The notes beneath the pieces were generated by a model that had not been told where the DNA came from, searched no databases, and saw nothing but the letters and a program-made list of their open reading frames with translations. A stretch of 32,000 bases of DNA from the NCBI GenBank assembly GCA_030149205.1, contig JASBSB010000004.1:150001-182000 (forward strand). Direction: 5' to 3'. This document shows, piece by piece, positions 26,316-32,000 of this stretch; positions within the stretch are counted from its first letter, which is position 1, and each line of letters starts with the position of its first letter. This DNA comes from Candidatus Heimdallarchaeota archaeon. Its GTDB lineage: Archaea; Asgardarchaeota; Heimdallarchaeia; Heimdallarchaeales; Kariarchaeaceae. Both the position numbers and the translations under genes were made by a program.

Positions 26316-27049
26316 TGACCATTTCCTCCAATTTCATTGGTTACTTCCAATTTGCTAAGTTTTCTCTTTCTTCTGTCATCTCTAAATTCTACCACGATCC
26401 CAACCACTCCTGGGGCTAAAAATATGATTCCAACAATCCCAGCAAAGCTAGCAAAATATGTCAGATAGACAGAGGGAGGAAACCCATAAAGATTAATCAA
26501 AGCTTGAGCTTGTGGTCGCTGAACAAAGATAGTTCCTGAGTCAGGAAAATAAATTGTATAACTCGGTGAATTATTAACATCCTGTGTAACATTTCCTGCT
26601 GTGTATGCGAAAATTTGGATCCTGAGAATAAAATCTGTAATACTTGTAGGAGCAGTCAATCCCTCCACATAAGATACAGTAGTTGTTGTATTCAAGAGGG
26701 GACGATTGATAAATTTACTTTTCTGATCATAAATTGGAATTGTTGCACCGACGGAGGTATTTTTCCCTCGCTCACTTTGCGGAACCAACTGATAAACTAT
26801 AGATAGGATATATATGGCAGAAAAGTTATCTTTAGGAAGTGATGTTGCTGTGATGTTTACTCTGATATTGTTGATTGAGTTTTCTGGCCAAGTTATTGGT
26901 GCATCAACCAGAGCATCCATCTGGTATAAACCATTTGTAGTCAATGTAAAGCTCTTTTTTGCTCCAGTTAAACCATTTGTGTTATAATTTAAGTTATTGG
27001 AAGCTACCAATAAAACCAATAAGAATATGGATATATATTTTATTTTCAA
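26312..27049 (-). CDS. Single-pass exported glycoprotein (signal peptide, beta-rich ectodomain, C-terminal TM, basic tail)
   Basis: Signal peptide MKIKYISIFLLVLLVAS; 6 N-x-S/T sequons; TM followed by RDDRRKRK; TTGA overlap with the upstream gene. Confidence 0.8.
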   Translation of the reverse strand: MKIKYISIFLLVLLVASNNLNYNTNGLTGAKKSFTLTTNGLYQMDALVDAPITWPENSINNIRVNITATSLPKDNFSAIYILSIVYQLVPQSERGKNTSVGATIPIYDQKSKFINRPLLNTTTTVSYVEGLTAPTSITDFILRIQIFAYTAGNVTQDVNNSPSYTIYFPDSGTIFVQRPQAQALINLYGFPPSVYLTYFASFAGIVGIIFLAPGVVGIVVEFRDDRRKRKLSKLEVTNEIGGNGQ

Positions 27050-28221
27050 GTTCTTCGCTCCTCTATTTCTTTTAGTAGATTATTAACTCGGGTTGCATAA
27101 TCAATGAAGGTTTCACTGCTGATAGGTTCCTCACTTTCTTCAATGATTCTACCTTCACTTACCAGATTCATAATATCTATTGCAACTGCCTGAAGTTTAT
27201 GCTTGATAATTTCAGTTTCTAATTGTTTAGAATCTAGGTGTAATACATCTTTTTTGAATACACTTCGAAGTGTTTCTATTAATTGCCAGTAATACCCTAA
27301 ATACGCCTGAAGGTCTCTATTTTCGTTAGATGTATCGCTAGTATCTTTAAAGGCCTGGATTTGAACAGGTTCTACTAGCATGAGTTCTTCTTGTTGTTGT
27401 TGAATTCGCTCTATTTCTTTTAGGTTTCTCCTTCTAAACACCCAATATGCGAATAAGAAGGATAACAGGGGAGCAATTAACCCAAGGATAGCAAAAATCA
27501 ACACCTGATCCTGAGCTGACCGAATTATATCATTTATATTTTGTTGTTTTACTTTATACTGGAAAAATTTAACGTTGAGATTTTCTATGGCGTCCAGAAC
27601 ATTCACAAAAGAATATGAGACTTGAGTTTCCCATGCATCATGAAATGCGTCAATTGCTCTGTTGGTATCGACAAATCTTATACGGTGTCTACCGTCAGGG
27701 TCTCTTGTTAAATTAAGTAATTTCGAAGGAGATGCTGAGTAAATAATTGCTCGACTGGGTAGTACCACATTGTAATCTATATTAGCATGATAAAACTGAC
27801 CTGATGTTGAAGTAGGATTTGGAATCCTGTATTCTAGCCAGAATCTATCAATGAAAACTAACATTCCTGAATAATTATAGGGCACAAAATTATAGGAGTA
27901 TGAATATTGAACATAAAGTGGAGGATTGTCAATTTGCATACGATCTGGATATTTTTGAATATTTCCTAAAGGTACCCCATACTGATCGAGCGCCTTAAAG
28001 TTCCAAATATTTGAAGTGTTGACCCATATTTTCATGATATTCTGCTTTGTTGGAATTTGAAGTTTTATTGTTAGATGGATACTATTGTTTTCAAAAATCT
28101 CATATTGACCATACCAATTTATTCTTTTTTCCGGAATATTTTGCTGTGCATTCGTAGGTGCTAAAAATGCTGGTGAAAGTAAAAGGAATATGAAAAAGAA
28201 TCCCAAAAGGAGTTTTTTCAC
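27046..28221 (-). CDS. Possible independently initiated second module (391 aa) inside the 710-aa ORF
   Basis: In-frame GTG (codon 320) 6 nt after GGAG (28228-28231), starting KKLLL...AQQ, which mirrors the ORF's own N-terminal signal peptide. Confidence 0.5.
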   Translation of the reverse strand: MKKLLLGFFFIFLLLSPAFLAPTNAQQNIPEKRINWYGQYEIFENNSIHLTIKLQIPTKQNIMKIWVNTSNIWNFKALDQYGVPLGNIQKYPDRMQIDNPPLYVQYSYSYNFVPYNYSGMLVFIDRFWLEYRIPNPTSTSGQFYHANIDYNVVLPSRAIIYSASPSKLLNLTRDPDGRHRIRFVDTNRAIDAFHDAWETQVSYSFVNVLDAIENLNVKFFQYKVKQQNINDIIRSAQDQVLIFAILGLIAPLLSFLFAYWVFRRRNLKEIERIQQQQEELMLVEPVQIQAFKDTSDTSNENRDLQAYLGYYWQLIETLRSVFKKDVLHLDSKQLETEIIKHKLQAVAIDIMNLVSEGRIIEESEEPISSETFIDYATRVNNLLKEIEERRT

Positions 28222-29178
28222 TTCAATCTCCACTTTGTGGTCGTGTTCAACATCTATAGCCTGCCGCTTTGGAAGTTGACGAGCCTGATCCTTCTGTTTC
28301 TGATATCGCCGTTTTGCCAAAAGGTAAGCAATCAGTACAGAGAATAGTGACGCCACGATGGCTAGTGTTGAAATAATCTGAAAAGCAGAATTAAGGAAAT
28401 CTAATCTGTTTTTATCATTTTGCTGCTTTTGTTGTTGTTGAATGTTCTGAAGAATAAGCTGATTAAACTGTAAATATATTTGGTCAAATGAGTACGTGAC
28501 CTCAGTAATTAGTGGATCGTGTTTTGAATCCATTGCACGGTTTCTATATTCCCAATGTAGAACTGCGGGATTTAAGCTTTGAAGACTGCCATCTGTTGGA
28601 GCATAGCTTACAATCCCTGCTCCTTGTGGAAGAATGATAGTGTTAGAGTAGTCAACTTTGTACCAAGAAGTACCATTGTTTCCGGGTAATGGAAAATTAA
28701 CAACCTGAGATTGAAAAACAACTATGAAACCTGTATCCTTTACCACATCTGGATTGTAATAAGCTTCAATTTGATAAGCAAATTGTTTATCGTTAGGTGT
28801 AATGGATAAACTGTCATTTGCCTTCGAAGGCTGCCAACTTACAGCTGAGGGATTGTTGGGCGTCAAAGGATCATAGACTTTAGGAGTCCCTATAATATCT
28901 GAGACGTTTAAGAAGAATGATAAAGTATTCCCAGCAATAAATTCCCAATAGAGAAAACCCCAAAATATTGCTTTTGGTCTCTCATTTCCAACTGCCCTAA
29001 AATATTGCACACCTTCGACAATACAAACATTTGATGGATCTGAAATTGTAAGACAAAAATCAGGAATACTTGTAAATTGCTTTTGTGGAGTGGTTGTGAC
29101 TTGTTGCGCATGATTCATTGGTACATTTCCAATGACTAGAAACAAAACAAGTGTTACAATTAGCAAAAGCTTTTTCAT
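27046..29178 (-). CDS. Membrane protein made of two paralogous signal peptide-ectodomain-coiled coil-TM modules
   Basis: Repeated motifs IILPQGAGIVSYAP/VVLPSRAIIYSASP, NRAMDSKHDPLITEVTYSF/NRAIDAFHDAWETQVSYSF, FSVLIAYLLAKRR/LSFLFAYWVFRRR. SD AGGTGA at 29183-29188. Confidence 0.8.
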   Translation of the reverse strand: MKKLLLIVTLVLFLVIGNVPMNHAQQVTTTPQKQFTSIPDFCLTISDPSNVCIVEGVQYFRAVGNERPKAIFWGFLYWEFIAGNTLSFFLNVSDIIGTPKVYDPLTPNNPSAVSWQPSKANDSLSITPNDKQFAYQIEAYYNPDVVKDTGFIVVFQSQVVNFPLPGNNGTSWYKVDYSNTIILPQGAGIVSYAPTDGSLQSLNPAVLHWEYRNRAMDSKHDPLITEVTYSFDQIYLQFNQLILQNIQQQQKQQNDKNRLDFLNSAFQIISTLAIVASLFSVLIAYLLAKRRYQKQKDQARQLPKRQAIDVEHDHKVEIEVKKLLLGFFFIFLLLSPAFLAPTNAQQNIPEKRINWYGQYEIFENNSIHLTIKLQIPTKQNIMKIWVNTSNIWNFKALDQYGVPLGNIQKYPDRMQIDNPPLYVQYSYSYNFVPYNYSGMLVFIDRFWLEYRIPNPTSTSGQFYHANIDYNVVLPSRAIIYSASPSKLLNLTRDPDGRHRIRFVDTNRAIDAFHDAWETQVSYSFVNVLDAIENLNVKFFQYKVKQQNINDIIRSAQDQVLIFAILGLIAPLLSFLFAYWVFRRRNLKEIERIQQQQEELMLVEPVQIQAFKDTSDTSNENRDLQAYLGYYWQLIETLRSVFKKDVLHLDSKQLETEIIKHKLQAVAIDIMNLVSEGRIIEESEEPISSETFIDYATRVNNLLKEIEERRT

Positions 29179-29186
29179 AAAATCAC

Positions 29187-30158
29187 CTAGATTGTGGGAA
29201 CGGGGATATTCCTTAATACTCGAGTAATAATAGACTCAGAGTTTACTCCTTCAAATTCCCATTCAGGAGATACAATCACTCTGTGCCTTAAGATATTTGG
29301 TGCTACCTTCTGTATGTCAGATGGATTTACATAATCTCTTCCTTCCATAACTGCATTGGCTTTACCAGCAATCGCAAGCCACAATGAAGCTCTTGGAGAT
29401 GCACCAATCACGACTTCCTCACTTTCCCTGGTAGTTTTTGTGAGTTTAACGATATACTTTATGATATCCTCTGAAAGTCTAATATCCTGTCTAATAAAAT
29501 TTTGATACTCAATTATCTCACTTGGTGACATTATAGGTTTTATGGTCTCTAATTCTGCATAGGCGTCTGTTCCATCAGTAAATCTTCTAACTATATCAAC
29601 TTCCTGATCTTCAGAAGGGTAATCCACGACAACTTTGAACATGAACCTGTCAACTTGAGCCTCTGGTAGAGGATACGTTCCCTCTTGTTCAATTGGATTT
29701 TGTGTTGCTAAGACCAAAAATGGTTTCGGCAGTTCATGGCGCTTGTTTTCAGACGACACCTGCCTTTCTTGCATAGCCTCAAGCATAGAGGCCTGGGTTT
29801 TTGGAGGAGCTCTGTTAATTTCGTCAGCTAATAAGAGATTTGTAAACACAGGTCCCTCTGAAAATCTGAACGAACCATCAGAAGGTTGGTAAACACTGAC
29901 ACCCGTAATATCAGTTGGCATAAGGTCAGGTGTGAATTGGATTCGTTTAAATTCACAATCCAATGATTTTGCAAGAGCTCTAACTAACAATGTTTTGGCA
30001 AGCCCTGGAGCTCCTTCTAAAAGAACATGTCCATCTGAAAGCAGACCTAAAATGACGAAATCTACTATATTCTCTTGCCCCACTATAACCTTACGGATTT
30101 CATCCTTTATTTGAGATATTTTTGAATGAACCTCTTTAACCTTTGTGAGATTTGACAC
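29187..30158 (-). CDS. moxR: MoxR family AAA+ ATPase (MoxR-proper type)
   Basis: GHVLLEGAPGLAKT, RIQFTPDLMPTDITG, LLADEINRAPPKTQ, ATQNPIEQEGTYPLPEAQVDRF, GASPRAS, LRHR. Confidence 0.96.
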   Translation of the reverse strand: MSNLTKVKEVHSKISQIKDEIRKVIVGQENIVDFVILGLLSDGHVLLEGAPGLAKTLLVRALAKSLDCEFKRIQFTPDLMPTDITGVSVYQPSDGSFRFSEGPVFTNLLLADEINRAPPKTQASMLEAMQERQVSSENKRHELPKPFLVLATQNPIEQEGTYPLPEAQVDRFMFKVVVDYPSEDQEVDIVRRFTDGTDAYAELETIKPIMSPSEIIEYQNFIRQDIRLSEDIIKYIVKLTKTTRESEEVVIGASPRASLWLAIAGKANAVMEGRDYVNPSDIQKVAPNILRHRVIVSPEWEFEGVNSESIITRVLRNIPVPTI

Positions 30159-30232
30159 AAATGATAATTTGATTGAACAATTATAAAGCTTCTATAATGT
30201 CAAAATTAAAGATAAGAATTTTTCACTTTTTA

Positions 30233-31309
30233 TTAACCACCAAAAGCTGTTAAGATATTTCTATAAGCGTCAATCCCAGTTGTTAAAATTACAACCGTTC
30301 CGGCTACCAAAATGAGTAGTGTCGAGATAAAACCTCGCTTGTTTGATGTATAATATTTATTAGCACCAAATCCTGGAAAAACCTCAACAAGGACGTACAT
30401 TCCAAGTAAACTTGCAATTAATCTTAAAGTGACAATTAAAGAAGGATCACTAACGCTTGTAGATGTTAGATAAAAGATAAACCCAGCTATAACGATTAAA
30501 TAATAAACAAACATACTTTCATCAGGGAATAACTTGGTGTAAAAGTATTCTTTCAAACTATAATCAACCTGTTGTTGTCCTCCCATAGGATTGGAGACAA
30601 ATACTGCTACTGCGTCTTGTGTGAATTTCCGGTTTTTAAGATCAGGTTTCAAGTTAAATAATAAAATTGGAACAAAGAAGGAAGAACTTACGAGGGCAAT
30701 TATTAAACCAAAGTATGAAATATTAAATTTAATATCAAACCCTTTTTGACGAATTCTATATCTGTATAGGTAAATAATTCCAAATGGAAGGGTTAGGTTT
30801 AGCAAAATTGAGTATAAGATAACAAAAAAATTCGGAAAACTATTAATTACAATCATAAACCTAAACCATAATGAAATCCCTAGGATTAATCCAAGAAAAG
30901 ACAAAGATTTTATTTCATCATTGGTAAAGAGTGGAGTGTCACCATATTTAGGTATTAGATTGTAAGGAATTGATGTGTCTGAAGCGATATACCACGGTGT
31001 TGTACTCTGGGTTTGCAATTGACTAGGAGGAATCATAGGAGAAGGGGATTCAGAAGGGATATAGCTGTTAGAAGAAGTAGGAGATCCAGATGGGATATAA
31101 CTAGAAGAGGGAGTTCCCTGCCCCCCCTTCAAATCAAATCCACATTTTGGGCAAAAGTTTTGGTTGGGATTTATAGAATTTTGGCAATTAGGACAGATAG
31201 CTTGACCTGCTTGTGGAAGTTCTGGTAGGGAAGAACCACATCTTTGACAAAATCGATCACCCTGTTGGTATATTTTACTACATACAGGGCACTTACCTGA
31301 GCTCAACAA
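30233..31309 (-). CDS. Double zinc-ribbon protein with Ser/Pro-rich linker and a C-terminal membrane domain (M50-like, apparently inactive)
   Basis: CPVC..FCQRC and CPNC..FCPKC ribbons; linker with repeated SYIPS; about 6 TMs. Confidence 0.75.
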   Translation of the reverse strand: MLSSGKCPVCSKIYQQGDRFCQRCGSSLPELPQAGQAICPNCQNSINPNQNFCPKCGFDLKGGQGTPSSSYIPSGSPTSSNSYIPSESPSPMIPPSQLQTQSTTPWYIASDTSIPYNLIPKYGDTPLFTNDEIKSLSFLGLILGISLWFRFMIVINSFPNFFVILYSILLNLTLPFGIIYLYRYRIRQKGFDIKFNISYFGLIIALVSSSFFVPILLFNLKPDLKNRKFTQDAVAVFVSNPMGGQQQVDYSLKEYFYTKLFPDESMFVYYLIVIAGFIFYLTSTSVSDPSLIVTLRLIASLLGMYVLVEVFPGFGANKYYTSNKRGFISTLLILVAGTVVILTTGIDAYRNILTAFGG

Positions 31310-31377
31310 TTCCCTAATTAAAATAAGTATTTTAATAGGTTCTATTCAAGCATCATAAATTTAGATAATTATCAACC

Positions 31378-32000
31378 TTATTTCTCTAAAACTGAGATTC
31401 CAGGCAGTTCCTTGCCAGAAAGTAGTTCAAGAGTTGCTCCTCCACCTGTTGAAAGATGTATTGGTGAATTATCAGGCAGAGTAAGATTTGATTTCTGAAG
31501 CATTTTATTGATTGCATAAACACTGTCACCTCCACCAATTATAGTTCTTACCTGTCTTTGTAGGATGAATTCAGCAACTTGTTCTGTCCCCTTAGCAAAA
31601 TTATCCACCTCAAAAACACCCATTGGACCATTCCAAAATATAGTTTCTGCTTTCTCAATCTCTTTTTTTATAAGGGATAAAGTTTCAGAACCAATATCTA
31701 CACCAATCATCCCTTCTGGAATTTCAGTAACCTTCACATATTTGATTTCTGAAGGCTCTTTAATAGAGTCTGAAACTACCACATCTTTTGGAAGAATAAG
31801 GGTCTTGCTCAATTTCTTGGCTTGGGATATAACCGACTCCGCTTCACCTAACATCTCCGCTTCTAAAAGTGAGTTTTTTACATCAATCCCCTGTGATTTG
31901 AGAAAGGTGAAGGCCATACCTCCACCAATTATAAAGGTATCAGCCTTATTTAGAAAATTTTGCACAACTGGTAGTTTATCAGAAACCTTTGCTCCTCCAA
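31378..32000 (-). CDS. pgk: Phosphoglycerate kinase, 3' part (gene begins beyond the window end)
   Basis: Frame open to the window edge: GGAKVSDKL, GGGMAFTF, DIG, WNGPMGVFE, GGGDS, STGGGATLELLSGKELPG. Confidence 0.97.
   Translation of the reverse strand, partial: GGAKVSDKLPVVQNFLNKADTFIIGGGMAFTFLKSQGIDVKNSLLEAEMLGEAESVISQAKKLSKTLILPKDVVVSDSIKEPSEIKYVKVTEIPEGMIGVDIGSETLSLIKKEIEKAETIFWNGPMGVFEVDNFAKGTEQVAEFILQRQVRTIIGGGDSVYAINKMLQKSNLTLPDNSPIHLSTGGGATLELLSGKELPGISVLEK

Noticed and set aside
28640-28655. DYSNT as a MIDAS (DxSxS/T) motif that would supply the missing VWA partner
   Set aside because: It lies in a predicted extracellular beta strand that aligns to DYNVV in the paralogous module, with no Rossmann-like context.
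177-31228. Short overlapping ORFs in the track (for example 177-425, 7134-7388, 10859-11104, 11641-11910, 12218-12622, 17825-18037, 20305-20574, 26615-26806, 31013-31228)
   Set aside because: Antisense or alternate-frame shadows of well-supported genes, with no motifs or RBS.
1-32000. CRISPR array, tRNA/rRNA, transposase or integrase, Sec/Pyl read-through
   Set aside because: ATTGAAA/GTTGAAA words are isolated and not regularly spaced; no cloverleaf or rRNA-like tract, no mobile-element ORF or terminal repeats, and no gene appears truncated at an in-frame TGA/TAG.

Overview
AT-rich (roughly one-third GC by eye), gene-dense prokaryotic window. It is most likely archaeal and probably Asgard (Heimdallarchaeia-like). 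This is inferred from repeated AGGTGA/GGAGG ribosome-binding sites, TATA-like boxes about 25 nt before starts, a stand-alone longin-like protein, a CxxC..H..H-type protein, a PGF-CTERM-like surface protein, a tandem Lrp-like regulator and sequon-rich exported proteins. Recognisable genes: polar amino-acid ABC permease and ATPase, DUF423, TauE/SafE exporter, M20 (ArgE/DapE-like) peptidase, two Bax-inhibitor-1-like paralogs, wHTH-DUF4443, PHP phosphoesterase, S9 peptidase, cupin, EamA/DMT, HtpG (Hsp90), cation:proton antiporter, AUR1-like PAP2 enzyme, 2-oxoacid:ferredoxin oxidoreductase alpha/beta, a MoxR AAA+ operon and the 3' part of pgk. No tRNA, rRNA, CRISPR array or mobile element was seen. 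Best candidates for new biology: (1) two unannotated, heavily base-paired non-coding segments, a ~240-nt multi-hairpin element at 2193-2432 and a compact pseudoknot leader at 6489-6589, each upstream of an orphan gene; (2) a translationally coupled MoxR operon with no VWA/DUF58 partner, made of membrane glycoproteins. One of these is an in-frame fusion of two paralogs that keeps an internal SD+GTG start and a second signal peptide. The operon is preceded by a zinc-ribbon protein whose membrane domain looks like a catalytically dead site-2 protease. All family calls and RNA folds were made by eye, without searches or folding software.
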